Numbered from the stretch's first letter, positions 10,506 through 21,583 are shown. The stretch: 64,000 nt of DNA from an uncultured bacterium (GCA_902770045.1 CACXRO010000001.1:46304-110303), one strand, 5' to 3'. Numbers and translations are program-made. The notes: generated by a model not told the origin, from the letters alone.

Positions 10506-11545
10506 TCCGCCTTGCCGCCCTTCCCGGCGTAGCCATACGGATTCTTCTTCTGCCAGCGCCAGGCGTCGGCGCACATCTCGTCGATGCCGCGCTCGGCCTT
10601 CCAGCCGAGCTCCTTCGCCGCGAGCGAGGGGTCGGCCCAGCACTCGGCGATGTCGCCGGGGCGGCGGGGGCAGATTTTATAGGGGACAGGACGCTTCGAC
10701 GCCTTCTCGAACGCCTTGACGACCTGCAGCACGGAATATCCGTGGCCGGTGCCGAGGTTGTAGATCTTAAGCCCGAGCTTCGGCTCGCGCTCAAGCTTCT
10801 CGATCGCCTTCAGGTGGCCGATGGCGAGGTCGACGACGTGGATGTAGTCGCGCACCCCGGTGCCGTCCGGCGTCGGATAGTCGTCGCCGAAGACGTTGAG
10901 CTCGGGCCGGCGCCCGACCGCCACCTGCGCGACGTAGGGCAGGAGGTTGTTGGGGATGCCGGCCGGGTCTTCGCCGATCAGCCCCGATTTGTGCGCGCCG
11001 ATCGGGTTGAAGTACCTAAGCAGGACGACGTTCCACTCGGGATCGGCCTTCTGCACGTCCTTGAACACCTGCTCCATCATGAGCTTCGTCCAGCCATACG
11101 GGTTGGTGCAGCCGGGGGTGGGGAAATCCTCGCGGATCGGCACGGTCTTCGGTTCGCCGTAGACGGTGGCGGAGGAGGAGAAGACGATGTTTTTGCAGCC
11201 GTGCGCGCCGAGGCGGTCGAGGAGGGTGAAAGTGCCGCCGAGGTTGTTGGCGTAGTACTTGAGCGGAATCTGGGTCGACTCGCCGACGGCCTTGAGCGCG
11301 GCGAAGTGGATGGCGGCATCGAACGGTCCTTCGCGGTCGAGGACTGCGTCGAGCTTCTTCGCGTCGCGGATGTCGACGCGGTAGAAGGCCGGCTTCCTGC
11401 CGGTGATGCGCTTCACGCGCGTAAGCGACTTCTTCGAGCTGTTGCAGAGGTTGTCGACCACCACCACTTCGTGGCCGGCGTTCAAAAGCTCGACGACGGT
11501 GTGGCTGCCGATGTAGCCGGCTCCGCCAGTGACGAGAATCTTCAT
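10502..11545 (-). CDS. galE: UDP-glucose 4-epimerase
   Basis: [24 protein letters not shown]. Confidence 0.97.
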   Translation of the reverse strand: MKILVTGGAGYIGSHTVVELLNAGHEVVVVDNLCNSSKKSLTRVKRITGRKPAFYRVDIRDAKKLDAVLDREGPFDAAIHFAALKAVGESTQIPLKYYANNLGGTFTLLDRLGAHGCKNIVFSSSATVYGEPKTVPIREDFPTPGCTNPYGWTKLMMEQVFKDVQKADPEWNVVLLRYFNPIGAHKSGLIGEDPAGIPNNLLPYVAQVAVGRRPELNVFGDDYPTPDGTGVRDYIHVVDLAIGHLKAIEKLEREPKLGLKIYNLGTGHGYSVLQVVKAFEKASKRPVPYKICPRRPGDIAECWADPSLAAKELGWKAERGIDEMCADAWRWQKKNPYGYAGKGGKAE

Positions 11546-11563
11546 GTCTATTCCGCTCCTTCC

Positions 11564-12331
11564 TTAGCCGATCATGCCGCCGTTGACCGAGATGATCTGG
11601 CCGGTGACGTAGGCGGCGTCGTCGCCGGCGAGCCAGGCCACCGCCTTGGCGATGTCCTCGGCGGTGCCGAAGCGGCGGAGCGGGATGGTGTCCATGTACG
11701 CCTTCTTCACTTCGTCGGGCAGGACGTCGGTCATCTTCGACTGGATGAAGCCGGGGGCGACGGCGTTGCAGCGGATGTTGCGCGAGCCGAGCTCCTTGGC
11801 GGTCGTCTTGGTGAGCGCGATGACGCCGCCCTTGGACGCGGTGTAGTTGGCCTGGCCGGCGTTGCCCATGATGCCGACCACGGAGGCGATGTTGATGATC
11901 GAGCCGCCGAGCTGCGCGCCGTCGGCTGACTTGTTCTTCATCATCGGGCGCGAGACAGCGCGGGTGAAGAGGAAGGTGCCCCTCAGGTTGACGTTGAGGA
12001 CGGCGTCCCAGTCCTCGTCGGACATGCGCATCAGGAGACCGTCCTTGGTGATGCCGGCGTTGTTGACCATGATGTCGACCTTGCCGAAGTCGGCGAGGAC
12101 GGCCTTGACGCAGGCGTCGACCTCGGCCGATACCGCCACGTTGACGCCGTAGCCCTTCGCCTTCACGCCCAGCGCCGCGAGCGCGGCGACGGTGTCGGCG
12201 CACCATTCCTCCTTGAGATCGCATATCGCGACGTCCGCCCCGCGCGACGCGAGCTCCTTCGCGATCGCCGCGCCGATTCCGCGCGCAGCGCCGGTGACGA
12301 TTGCCGTCTTGCCCTTGAGGTTCTTGTCCAT
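11564..12331 (-). CDS. fabG: 3-oxoacyl-ACP reductase
   Basis: TGAARGIG, NNAGITKD, GQANYTASK. Confidence 0.95.
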   Translation of the reverse strand: MDKNLKGKTAIVTGAARGIGAAIAKELASRGADVAICDLKEEWCADTVAALAALGVKAKGYGVNVAVSAEVDACVKAVLADFGKVDIMVNNAGITKDGLLMRMSDEDWDAVLNVNLRGTFLFTRAVSRPMMKNKSADGAQLGGSIINIASVVGIMGNAGQANYTASKGGVIALTKTTAKELGSRNIRCNAVAPGFIQSKMTDVLPDEVKKAYMDTIPLRRFGTAEDIAKAVAWLAGDDAAYVTGQIISVNGGMIG

Positions 12332-12373
12332 CTTCTTTCTCTCCTTGGTTTTTGCCGACTGGCGGCAGATTGT

Positions 12374-13231
12374 TTACGAAACTCCGAATTCGCCGCGGAC
12401 GAAGTCGGCGAGCGCGTCCTGCCACGCGGGCGTGCGGTAGCCGAGCAGGTTGAGGACGCTCTTCCTGAGCGCTGAGTTGCGCGGGCGCGGCGCCGGGCGC
12501 GGGAACTCCGCGGTGGTGCAGGGAACGATCTCGCGCTTGAGTCCCAGGAGCCGGAAGAGCTCCTTGGCGAAGCCGCACCAGCTGACCTGCCCTTCGCAGG
12601 TCGCGTGGACTACCCCGCTCACGTCGGGCTTGCCGAGCAGGAAGCGGATGGCGTCCGCGACCGCCTTGGTCGAGGTCGGGTTGCCGACCTGGTCGTCCAC
12701 CACCTTGAGCGGATCGCCGTCCTGCGCGCCGAGGCGCGCCATGGTGTGGACGAAGGACGGGCCGCCGGGGCCGTAGAGCCAGGCAATGCGCATGATGACC
12801 GCCTCGGGCAGGACCATCTGCACCATGCGCTCGCCGGCGAGCTTCGACGCGCCGTAGACGGTGCGCGGGCGCGGGATGTCGGTCTCGCCCCAGGCCCAGG
12901 GCTCGCTCGGCGGCTCGCCGGAGAAGACGTAGTCGGTGGAGATCGCGATCAGCCGCGCGCCGCAGGCGGAGGCGGCGACGGCGACATTGCGCGAGCCTTC
13001 CTCGTTGAGGCGGAAGGCGAGGTCGCGCTTCTCCTCGCAGTCGTCGACGCGGGTCATCGCGGCGCAGTGGACGACGACGTCGGGTTTGGCAGCGGCGGCC
13101 TTGGCGGTGAAGGCATCGGCGTCGAGGATGTCCCATTCCGGCAGGTCGGCGACGACGATTTCGTGGTCGGCAAGCTCATGCTGGAGCGTGCGCCCGAGCA
13201 TTCCCTTCCCGCCGGTGACGAGGATCTTCAC
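12374..13231 (-). CDS. rfbD: dTDP-4-dehydrorhamnose reductase
   Basis: GGKGMLG, ISTDYVF, YGASK, DQVGNPT; GTG start. Confidence 0.93.
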   Translation of the reverse strand: MKILVTGGKGMLGRTLQHELADHEIVVADLPEWDILDADAFTAKAAAAKPDVVVHCAAMTRVDDCEEKRDLAFRLNEEGSRNVAVAASACGARLIAISTDYVFSGEPPSEPWAWGETDIPRPRTVYGASKLAGERMVQMVLPEAVIMRIAWLYGPGGPSFVHTMARLGAQDGDPLKVVDDQVGNPTSTKAVADAIRFLLGKPDVSGVVHATCEGQVSWCGFAKELFRLLGLKREIVPCTTAEFPRPAPRPRNSALRKSVLNLLGYRTPAWQDALADFVRGEFGVS

Positions 13232-14193
13232 TTGCCGGCCTCCTCGGACGAGCGCGCGAACTCGCGCACCATGTTCGCGCCCAGCAGCACGATCTGCCAG
13301 CTCATGTAGAGCCAGGCGAGGACGATCGGCATGAAGGCGAAGGAGCCGTAGAGCGCCGAGGACTTGGCGATGCCGACCTGGGCGACGGCGCAGGCCTTCA
13401 TCCAGCAGCCGAAGAGGATCGCGGTCGCCGCGCCGCCGCGGACGGCAGCGCGGAACGGCACGCGGCAGTTGGGCATGAACCAGAAGATGAAGGCGAAGTT
13501 CAAGGTGGCGGTGACGAAGGCGATGGCGAACTTGACCGCCCAGGAGTCGATGAGCCAGAGGAGCGTGTCGCCGACCCACTTGGTGTAGTCGGTGACGCCG
13601 GTGGTGGCGGTGATGACGCTCTTCACCGCGCCCATGATCGGGAAGGACATCGCGACCGCCGCAAGGACGGGCATGACGATCATGACGAGCAGGTAGACCC
13701 AGGCGCGCTTCCACACCGGGCGCGGCTTGGGCACCCCCCAGATGCGGTTGAAGCTCATCTCCACCATGCCGAGCGAGGAGATGACCGTCCAGAGCAGGAG
13801 ACCGAAGCCAATCCAGCCGAAGGTGGCGACGTCGAACGCGTCGATGCGCTCGAAGAGCGCGTTGGAAATGGTCCTGGCCTGGGTGGCGAACTCCTCGGCG
13901 GCGATGCGCTTCTTCTGGACGTCCTCCTCGCTCGAGAACGCGCCAGCGGCGGCGGCGAGCTCGTCGTCCTGCCCCTTCTCGATGTTGGTGATGAGCGCGT
14001 CGATGCGCTCGTTGATGTGGCTGCGGGCGTAGTCGTCGACCCCGACCGCCTTGGCGACGACAAGGATGCAGCAGAGGATGGGCATCATCGCCAGCATCGA
14101 GAAGTAGGTGAGGCCGGCGGCGTGCATCGAACAATGGTTGTCGAGGAAGCCCTTGACGACTCCGCGGCACCAGGTCTTGATCTTGTTCATCAT
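13228..14193 (-). CDS. YihY/BrkB family membrane protein
   Basis: AAGLTYFS, LYGSFA..PIVLAWLY. Confidence 0.9.
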   Translation of the reverse strand: MMNKIKTWCRGVVKGFLDNHCSMHAAGLTYFSMLAMMPILCCILVVAKAVGVDDYARSHINERIDALITNIEKGQDDELAAAAGAFSSEEDVQKKRIAAEEFATQARTISNALFERIDAFDVATFGWIGFGLLLWTVISSLGMVEMSFNRIWGVPKPRPVWKRAWVYLLVMIVMPVLAAVAMSFPIMGAVKSVITATTGVTDYTKWVGDTLLWLIDSWAVKFAIAFVTATLNFAFIFWFMPNCRVPFRAAVRGGAATAILFGCWMKACAVAQVGIAKSSALYGSFAFMPIVLAWLYMSWQIVLLGANMVREFARSSEEAGK

Positions 14194-14212
14194 GGCTGTG
14201 TATTATACCAAA

Positions 14213-14824
14213 TCACGAACCGGGGTGGACGGGCCTGGAGCCGGCCTTGCACATCGGGCACTCTGCGGCGGTCCAGGTCTCGGGGGTCATCCGGACGAGC
14301 GGGAACATCGGGACGCGCCCGAACTTGGCCTTGCCGCCGGAGCGGTCGACCAGCACCACCACGCCGGCCACCCTGCCGCCCGCCGCCTTGACGAGGTCGA
14401 TCGTCTCCTGGACGCGGCCGCCCTTGGTGACGACGTCCTCGGCGACGACGTAGCGCTCGCCCTTCCTGATCGCGAAGCGGCGAAGCGCGAGGACGGTGTT
14501 GGGCTTGCCGGTCGCGTCCACGCCCTTGCCCTGCACCTTCTCGGCGAAGATGCACTTGACGTTCAGCTCGCGCGCGACCTCGTGGCCGACCAGGATGCCG
14601 CCCACGGCCGGCGAGATGACGCCGTCGATGCGCTTGCCGAGCTTGCCGCTCTTGACCGCGCGGCGAGTCACCTCGCGGCAGAGCTTCTCGGCGATGCGCG
14701 GGTACCGAAGCACGTTCGCGCACTGGAAGTAGCGGTTGGAGTGGAGCTTCGAGCGGAGCTCGAAGTGCCCTTCGAGAAGCGCCCCGGTTTTGCGGAACGC
14801 GTCGAAGGCCTGCTTGTCGGTCAT
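14213..14824 (-). CDS. pyrE: Orotate phosphoribosyltransferase
   Basis: GHFELRS, EDVVTKGG PRPP loop. Confidence 0.92.
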   Translation of the reverse strand: MTDKQAFDAFRKTGALLEGHFELRSKLHSNRYFQCANVLRYPRIAEKLCREVTRRAVKSGKLGKRIDGVISPAVGGILVGHEVARELNVKCIFAEKVQGKGVDATGKPNTVLALRRFAIRKGERYVVAEDVVTKGGRVQETIDLVKAAGGRVAGVVVLVDRSGGKAKFGRVPMFPLVRMTPETWTAAECPMCKAGSRPVHPGS

Positions 14825-15288
14825 GGTATGTCCCCTTTCCTGTTTTCGATCGATAGAAGCTCTGCACGCGAAAACGCCGGCTCCGGCCTCGCGCGCGCAT
14901 CGGACGGAATCGGCTGCGGCGCGGGGGCGGCGGCGGATGGACGCCAGGCCGACTTCCCCCACTCCACCGGCCGCGGCTCCTTCGCCGGCGGCAGCAGCAA
15001 CTCGCCGCCGAGGATCGGCCCGCTCTCAGTCTCCGGCAGCGCGCCGAGCGAAAGCACCCCGGCGCCGCGGCCGCGGCGGCCGCCGGATGCAAGCCACGCC
15101 GTCTTCGCGGCCTTGACCGCCTCGTCCTCCTCGTCCTCGGTGAGCTCCACGAAGGCGGCGGACGGCTCCGCCGGGCGCGGGTCGGAGGCGGCGAAGCCGA
15201 CCGCCCGGCGCGGGAAGATGGCGGCGACGGCGGCGACGGCGGCAAGCACGGGCGCGGCGCGCATCAGCTCGGCGGCGATTCCGGTCAT
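14821..15288 (-). CDS. Hypothetical protein with N-terminal TM
   Basis: 4-nt overlaps with both neighbours. Confidence 0.55.
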   Translation of the reverse strand: MTGIAAELMRAAPVLAAVAAVAAIFPRRAVGFAASDPRPAEPSAAFVELTEDEEDEAVKAAKTAWLASGGRRGRGAGVLSLGALPETESGPILGGELLLPPAKEPRPVEWGKSAWRPSAAAPAPQPIPSDARARPEPAFSRAELLSIENRKGDIP

Positions 15289-15758
15289 TCGCCCTCCCCC
15301 GCCCGCTTCTCGGCGAACAGCACCTTGCCTACGCCGCTGCGCTTCGCGATCGCCGCCATCTTCATGAGCTCGCCGCCGGCGACGCGGCGATCAGCGAGGA
15401 CGAGCATCGTCTTGCGGTCGGTGCGGGCCGCGCGCTCGGCGAGGTGGCGCGAGAAGGCGTCGGCCGAGGCACCGTCGGAAAGCATGTAGCGCGCGTCGTC
15501 GAAGAACACCAGGGTCTCGTGGTGCATCGGCAGCACCAACGCCACCAGGCCGGACGCCTCGCCTTCGGCGACGCCGGGGTCGGGCAGGTCGAACAGGACG
15601 CCCTTCGCGGCGACGAGCTCGCCGTCGAGCAGGTGGAACATCACCATGAGCAGCATCACCGCGAGCCACGGCGCGGCGGCGACGAGCGGGCGCATCGCCG
15701 GCAGGCCGTGGCGCCAGATCCCCTCGGTGCGCCCGGGACGCCATCCCCAGGAAATCAT
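15285..15758 (-). CDS. ExbD/TolR family protein
   Basis: Single TM, DLP, LADRRV; follows ExbB-like gene. Confidence 0.8.
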   Translation of the reverse strand: MISWGWRPGRTEGIWRHGLPAMRPLVAAAPWLAVMLLMVMFHLLDGELVAAKGVLFDLPDPGVAEGEASGLVALVLPMHHETLVFFDDARYMLSDGASADAFSRHLAERAARTDRKTMLVLADRRVAGGELMKMAAIAKRSGVGKVLFAEKRAGEGE

Positions 15759-16366
15759 CTGCGCTGCTCCTCCCGGCGGGTGGCGAGATAGCCCACGATC
15801 TGGCTCGCCGCGGCCTCGAGCTCCACGACGATGCGGTCAAGCCGCACCCTGAGCGAACCGTACATCACCGTCACCGCGATCGCCACCGCCAGGCCTAGCG
15901 CGGCGGAGACGAGCGCCTCCATCGCGCCGCCAACGAGGTCGGCGCGGCTGGCGAGGTCCGCCCCCGATACGCGCATCACCACCTTGATGAAGCCGACCAC
16001 GGTGCCGAAGAGTCCAAGCAACGGAGCCACCTGGGCCACGATCGCGAGCACCGCGAGCCGCCGGTCGAGCCGCCCCGCCGCCGCGCGCCCCTCGGAGTCC
16101 ACCGCGTCCCTGAGCAGCCGCGCGCTGCCGTTCGCGTGCCGGATCGCCGTCGCCACCACCGCCGCGACCGGCGCTGGCTCGTCCTCGCAGATCGCCAGCG
16201 CCTCCTCGTCGTTGCCGGAGTCGAGCACGTTGATCACTCCCTTGAGGAAGTCCTGCACGTTGATCTGCGCGCGCCGAAGGTCGACGAGGCGCTCGAGCCA
16301 CACGAACGCCGACGACGCCACCAGCGCCAGCAGTATCCAGAACACGGGTCCACCGGTGATTGTCAT
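15755..16366 (-). CDS. MotA/TolQ/ExbB family protein
   Basis: APLLGLFGTVVG, ALVSAALGL. Confidence 0.9.
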   Translation of the reverse strand: MTITGGPVFWILLALVASSAFVWLERLVDLRRAQINVQDFLKGVINVLDSGNDEEALAICEDEPAPVAAVVATAIRHANGSARLLRDAVDSEGRAAAGRLDRRLAVLAIVAQVAPLLGLFGTVVGFIKVVMRVSGADLASRADLVGGAMEALVSAALGLAVAIAVTVMYGSLRVRLDRIVVELEAAASQIVGYLATRREEQRR

Positions 16367-18399
16367 AGAAACCTGCCTTTCCTTGAAATCCGCTCCAGGC
16401 GGCGCGCCGCCTCCTCGGCGGCGGGAACGTCGCTCGCCGCCACCAGCCTCAGCACGCCAACCGCCTGCTCCTCGCGGCCGCGGCTCTCGAACTCGTCCGC
16501 CAGCCGGAACGCCGCGCGGGAGAACGCCGCGCGCGCGTCGTCGTCGAAGTTCTCGCCTTTGGCGCGGCCGTCGCGGTAGGCCACCACCACCTGCGCGTAG
16601 TACTGCTCCACCGCCTCGTCGTAGCGCCGCAGCTTTTCGAGCGTGCGGCCGATGCGGAACGCCACCGCGAGCCGCCCGCTCGCGTCGAGCGCTCCGTCGA
16701 ACGCGATCGCGCGGTAGGCCTCGAGCGCCGTGCCGTAGCTCGCCGGGTTGTCCGCCCCGAGCGCGAAGAGCGCGTCCGCCCGCAGGAGGCGCGCCCGCGC
16801 GCGATCCACCGGACGCGCCGACTCGGCCTTGGCCACGCGGTCCAGCACCAGCGACGCCTCGCCGTAACGCGCCTGCTCTAAGAGCGCCTCGCCCTGCACC
16901 AGCAGCGCGTCGGTCCGCGACGGCGAGTCCGGGTACTTCGCCACCATCCTGGTCGAGGTGTCGATCGCGCCCTTGTAGTCGCCGTCGGACAAGAATGATC
17001 GCGCCGCCCAGACCAGCGCCTCGGCCGCGGCCGCAGGGCGCGAGGACATCGCCGCGCAGGAGAGGAAGAGGTTCGCGGCGTCCTTCCACTCGCCGCGGTT
17101 GTAGGTGAACTTCGCAAGCCACAGCGTCGCGTCCTCCTTCACCGCCGCGTCGGGGCAGCCCTCGGCGAGGCCCTGCGCCTTCGTCCGCGCCGCGTCATCG
17201 TCGCCCTGCCCGTAGAGGCAAAGCACCTCGAAGTAGTCCATCCGGTCCTTCCGCCGCGGATCCGCCGCCGCCACCGCCGCGAACGCCTTCTGCGCCTCGG
17301 CGAAGCGGTAGTCGCGGAAGTAGTCGCGCCCGCGGGACTCCAGCTCCATCACCTCCACCGCCCGCTTCAGCTTCGCGGCGATCTCGGTCTTCGGGTATTC
17401 GGAGAGCACCGTGCGGTAGCGCGCCATCGCCTCCGCGCCGCGGCCGAGGTCGGCGAGCACGTCCCCCTGGCGCAGCACCGCGACCGCGCGGGCTGACGGG
17501 TCGTCCTTCGACAGCTCCTCCGCGCGCGCGAACGCCGCCAGCGCGTCCTCGCCGCGCCCGAGCCTGAGGAACGCCTCGCCGCGCCCCTGCTGCACGTCTG
17601 CCCGGAGCGCCGCGGCCGGCCAGATCTCGATCGCGTCCGCCCAGATCTCCGCGGCCTCCTTCCACTGCCCCGCAGCGGCCTTGGCGCGGGCGAGCCCGAG
17701 GAACGCCTCCTCGGCGTCCGGCGCGTCCGGCGACTCCTTGGCCACCGCGCGCACGATCCGCTCGCCCTCCGCAGCAGTCGCCGGGTCCTTCGCCAGCGCC
17801 ATCCCCAGCCGCACGCTCGCCAGCGCGCGGAGCGACGAGTTCGGCGCCGCGTCGAGCGCACGCCTCAGCGCCGCAGCGTCCCCGAGATTGGCCGCCGCCA
17901 CCGTCAGCGCGCGCGCCCCGGCGTTGGTGGACGACACCACCACCCGCCACAGCCGCTCCGCCTTTGCCCGGTCGCCCTTGCGCGAGAGCGCGTCCGCCTC
18001 CAGCATCAGCGCCTCGTCGACCCCGGCGGCGGACCCGCTCGCCTTCAGGAGCTGCGCCGCCTTGTCCCACTCGCCCGCGACCATCGCGCGGTAGTAGCCG
18101 AATCCCGGCGACTTGAGCCCGTCGCCCCAGGACGAAAGCGCCTTCTTCACTTCGTCCCAACGGCCCTCGTCGGCATAGCTTTCCAGGACGATCAGCTTAG
18201 CCGCTTCGCTCGCGTTGGTACGCGCATGCGCGCGGGCAAGCTCCCAGAGCCCGTCGCGAAGGGCCTGCCTCGCCACCGAAAGCCCGTCGTCCGCGCCCGC
18301 GCCGACGGCCACGGAGGCACAGAACGCGGCGGCCAGCGCGGCAAATGCGCGGCGGCAAACGGCCATACGAACGGCCACGACTATCTGGTTGTCAGACAT
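16363..18399 (-). CDS. Exported TPR-repeat protein
   Basis: Signal peptide, repeated TPR helices with YP.S motifs. Confidence 0.85.
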   Translation of the reverse strand: MSDNQIVVAVRMAVCRRAFAALAAAFCASVAVGAGADDGLSVARQALRDGLWELARAHARTNASEAAKLIVLESYADEGRWDEVKKALSSWGDGLKSPGFGYYRAMVAGEWDKAAQLLKASGSAAGVDEALMLEADALSRKGDRAKAERLWRVVVSSTNAGARALTVAAANLGDAAALRRALDAAPNSSLRALASVRLGMALAKDPATAAEGERIVRAVAKESPDAPDAEEAFLGLARAKAAAGQWKEAAEIWADAIEIWPAAALRADVQQGRGEAFLRLGRGEDALAAFARAEELSKDDPSARAVAVLRQGDVLADLGRGAEAMARYRTVLSEYPKTEIAAKLKRAVEVMELESRGRDYFRDYRFAEAQKAFAAVAAADPRRKDRMDYFEVLCLYGQGDDDAARTKAQGLAEGCPDAAVKEDATLWLAKFTYNRGEWKDAANLFLSCAAMSSRPAAAAEALVWAARSFLSDGDYKGAIDTSTRMVAKYPDSPSRTDALLVQGEALLEQARYGEASLVLDRVAKAESARPVDRARARLLRADALFALGADNPASYGTALEAYRAIAFDGALDASGRLAVAFRIGRTLEKLRRYDEAVEQYYAQVVVAYRDGRAKGENFDDDARAAFSRAAFRLADEFESRGREEQAVGVLRLVAASDVPAAEEAARRLERISRKGRFL

Positions 18400-18449
18400 T
18401 GATGCAGATTATACCATAATCCACACGAAGATGGCGTGGGGAAATCTCT

Positions 18450-19163
18450 TCAACGGCTGGACCGGGGGCCACGCAAGGCGAGGTACTCGGCGAGCCCGCG
18501 GCGGCGGAGGAGGCAGGCGGGGCACTTGCCGCAGCCGTCTCCGGGCACGCCGTTGTAGCAGGTGACGGTGCCGGTGCGGATCAGCTCCATAAGCCCGAGC
18601 CGGTCGGCGAGCGCCCACTCCTCGGCCTTGGTCTTGTGGAGGAACGGCGCGACGACGCGGACGGGCCAGTCGAGGGCGAGGCGCATCGCGCGCTCCTGCG
18701 CGCGCAGGAAGGCGCCGCGGCAGTCGGGGTAGCCGGAGAAGTCCGCCTCGCTCACGCCAATGTGCACCTCGGCCGCACCGAGGGTCTTGGCCCACACCGC
18801 CGCAAGCTGGAGGAAGACGGCGTTGCGCCCCTCGACGACGGTCGTCGGGCACTTCGCGCCCTTCGGCCGGACGATCCTCGCGCCGTGATCGAGGAGCGCG
18901 TTGGCTGTGATCTCGCCGAAGAAGCCGAGCCGGACCACCTTGTGGCGCAAGACGCCGAAGTGTTTCGCAAGCCGCCGCGCGTACTTCGTCTCGACCGCGT
19001 GCCGCTGGCCGTAGGCGAAGGTGATGGCGGCGACCGCGTCGGCGCCGAACCTGCGCACGGCAAGCGCAAGGCAGAGCGCGGAGTCCTGTCCGCCCGACAG
19101 CACCACCACCGCCTTCACTCCGCCGGACTTTCTGCCAGTCCCCTTCCCGTTACCAGTTCTCAT
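18450..19163 (-). CDS. queC: 7-cyano-7-deazaguanine synthase
   Basis: SGGQDS, YGQRH, GYPDCR, CGKCPAC. Confidence 0.95.
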   Translation of the reverse strand: MRTGNGKGTGRKSGGVKAVVVLSGGQDSALCLALAVRRFGADAVAAITFAYGQRHAVETKYARRLAKHFGVLRHKVVRLGFFGEITANALLDHGARIVRPKGAKCPTTVVEGRNAVFLQLAAVWAKTLGAAEVHIGVSEADFSGYPDCRGAFLRAQERAMRLALDWPVRVVAPFLHKTKAEEWALADRLGLMELIRTGTVTCYNGVPGDGCGKCPACLLRRRGLAEYLALRGPRSSR

Positions 19164-19237
19164 AACGAGCGTATTATACCATATCCGAGGTTCGGGTCGG
19201 GCGCCTTTCAACTTTTCAACCCTTGCGGATGCCTGGG

Positions 19238-21574
19238 CTATTGCCGGAAGGCCCGGAAAACCGACCAGGCGGCAAGGGCGCGCGCGTAGTGGCGGCCACA
19301 TTCCGCCTCGTCGAACGGATTGCGCTTCTCGCCATCGTAGCGCTCGCGGATGTCGCGCACCACCTCCTCGGCCGCGGCATAGTCCCCGGTCTGCGCCAGC
19401 CACGCCGCCACCACGTACTCGAAGCCGGTCATGGTTTCGGAATGATACGGGAACGGCGTGCCGGGACGGCGTCCCGGAGGATACCACGCCATCACCAGCG
19501 AGCGCTCCCCGGCGAGCGCGAAGTCGCGCATGTGGTTGAAGACCGGTGCGTCCGGCTCGCGGCGGTTGCGCCTGAGAATCGTCATCGTGGCGGTGCGCGC
19601 GTGCGCAAGGTCGGCAACCGGGTCGAGTCCGGCGCAGCGCGCGGCGTAGTCGCCCACGAGCTGGTCCACGAGACAGCCTGGCCCGAGCTGAAAATCCGGG
19701 TTCTTCGGGTCGGCGAGCTTGGTCCAGCCGCACTTCGTGGCGGGATGGAAGTCCCCTTCCGCCGACGCGACGCGATGCTCGTACCACTCGCCGTTGAAGA
19801 GGTTCTTCTCGGTCCAGGCGCTTCCGCGCGCGCGGAGGTCCGCGCACTTCGCGGCGAACGAGGCGTCGGCGTCGAACCTCTCCGCCAGGCGCTCGACGGC
19901 CTGGAGCGCGGCGAGGTAGAGAAACTCCATCTGCGGATTGGGGCCGTAGTAGTCGACATCCATCGTGTTGTGCTGGCAGCCTTCCATCACGCCGTCCCGG
20001 TCGGCGTCCCAGCCGCCCTCGGCCCAGCAGAACTCGAGCGCCTTCCTGACGCGCGGGTAGAGCGAGCGCATCCACGCGTCGTCGCCGGTCTTCGCCCAGC
20101 ATTCGTAGGCCTTGACGATGCACTGCATCTGCCCGTCGGCGGCCGCGCGGGCGAGGCTGGCGCCGTTGCGCGCGAGCGGCTGCCCGATCCGGAACGAGAT
20201 TGCGCCCTCGTCGGTCATCGCGTGCCTGAACTCGATGTCCCGCATATCCTTGGCGATGGACGGCCAGAGGTCGACGAGCGCATGTTCGTAGCCCCAGACG
20301 TGGGTGCAGCTGCCGTAGCAGCTGCCGGACGAATCGCCGACGCCCTCCCAGCCGAAAAAGTGTCCGTCGGCGGTGCGGAAGCAGGTGGGCGAGCGCAAGG
20401 TGGAGAGGTTGAAGAGCGCGGCCTCCTTCACCACGGCGGGCGCGCGCGGCGCATCGACGACGGACCGGACGAACGCGACGGTGGCCGCCTCCAGCTCGCC
20501 GAGGCGCGCGAACAGGTCTTCGGCGGCGGCGCTCGCGGTTGGATACTTCGTGCAGTAGAAGTTGCCGACATGGTCGTCCGCGGCGTAGAACCCGCCGTCG
20601 GTCCGCTCCCACGCGGCGCGGTTGGGGAAGCGCCAGGCAATCGCGAACGGAATCGACCTGGACTCCCCGGGGGCGATGTCCACCGTCGCCGCGAGCGTAC
20701 CGAAGTCGCATTTCTCGCGTCCTGGCATGTCGCCCACGTCCCCCTTCTCCACCAGCCGCCGCCAGAACTGCTCGAGTCCGTCGCTCCAGCCGGCGTGGCG
20801 CACGTCGACGCCGGACGAGATTTCGCCCGCCGACGCCGGCACGACGACGGCGAATTCGCCGGTCTCGCGGCCGAGCGGCCTGTCGCCGCCGTCTTTGTCG
20901 GCGTTGCCGCGGAAGACGACCCCGCGCAGCGCGACGGATTCGAACCGCTCCTGCGAGAGCGCGCCGCCGCAGGGATTGGGCATCGCGGCGGCGACAGTCG
21001 CGCGGACACGCGTGCCGGAAGTGTTGACGAGGCGCCACCTCAGCAGCGCCACCGGCATCCCGCTCGAATCGGCGTCGCCCTTCACCAGCGGGTTCATGGC
21101 CTCAAGCGTCGCCTTCACCGGAACCGCGGCGTCGGCGAACTCGACCTCGGCAAGCGGATAGGCGGCCCGGAAGACGCAGTTTCCGAAGCGCGGATAGCCG
21201 TGGTTGGGCGCGGGGCACCCGAACGCGCCTTCGTAGCGGGTCTTGTCGAGCGGGCCCTCGAGCAGCCGCGCCACCACCGTCCCGGAGCCGTCCACGGTGC
21301 GCAGGACGAATGCGGGGCAGACGGACTGCCGGCAGGGCACGAAGCCGCGCTCGGCGGAGTTGCGGATCTCGAACGCGCCGAGTCCGCCAGTGCCGGAAAG
21401 GCATACTGCGCCGGTGCCGATTCCCCCAAGCGGCATCATGACGCGGCGGAGGCAGTCGCCCCGGTACTCGCGGACGGCCGGCCAGGCAGGCTGGGGCCCG
21501 GCGGCGGACGAAGACACGGCGACGGCGGCCGCCGCTGCCAGCATCATGCCCAGGGTGACGATTCTGTTGCGCAT
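19238..21574 (-). CDS. GH116 family beta-glucosidase/glucosylceramidase
   Basis: MPLGGIGTG, EGCQHNTMD, ECGRHYAR. Confidence 0.88.
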   Translation of the reverse strand: MRNRIVTLGMMLAAAAAVAVSSSAAGPQPAWPAVREYRGDCLRRVMMPLGGIGTGAVCLSGTGGLGAFEIRNSAERGFVPCRQSVCPAFVLRTVDGSGTVVARLLEGPLDKTRYEGAFGCPAPNHGYPRFGNCVFRAAYPLAEVEFADAAVPVKATLEAMNPLVKGDADSSGMPVALLRWRLVNTSGTRVRATVAAAMPNPCGGALSQERFESVALRGVVFRGNADKDGGDRPLGRETGEFAVVVPASAGEISSGVDVRHAGWSDGLEQFWRRLVEKGDVGDMPGREKCDFGTLAATVDIAPGESRSIPFAIAWRFPNRAAWERTDGGFYAADDHVGNFYCTKYPTASAAAEDLFARLGELEAATVAFVRSVVDAPRAPAVVKEAALFNLSTLRSPTCFRTADGHFFGWEGVGDSSGSCYGSCTHVWGYEHALVDLWPSIAKDMRDIEFRHAMTDEGAISFRIGQPLARNGASLARAAADGQMQCIVKAYECWAKTGDDAWMRSLYPRVRKALEFCWAEGGWDADRDGVMEGCQHNTMDVDYYGPNPQMEFLYLAALQAVERLAERFDADASFAAKCADLRARGSAWTEKNLFNGEWYEHRVASAEGDFHPATKCGWTKLADPKNPDFQLGPGCLVDQLVGDYAARCAGLDPVADLAHARTATMTILRRNRREPDAPVFNHMRDFALAGERSLVMAWYPPGRRPGTPFPYHSETMTGFEYVVAAWLAQTGDYAAAEEVVRDIRERYDGEKRNPFDEAECGRHYARALAAWSVFRAFRQ

Positions 21575-21583
21575 GGCCAGCAC

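Noticed and set aside
14821-18399. TPR-ExbB-ExbD cluster as a novel system
   Set aside because: Common arrangement; nothing distinctive visible.
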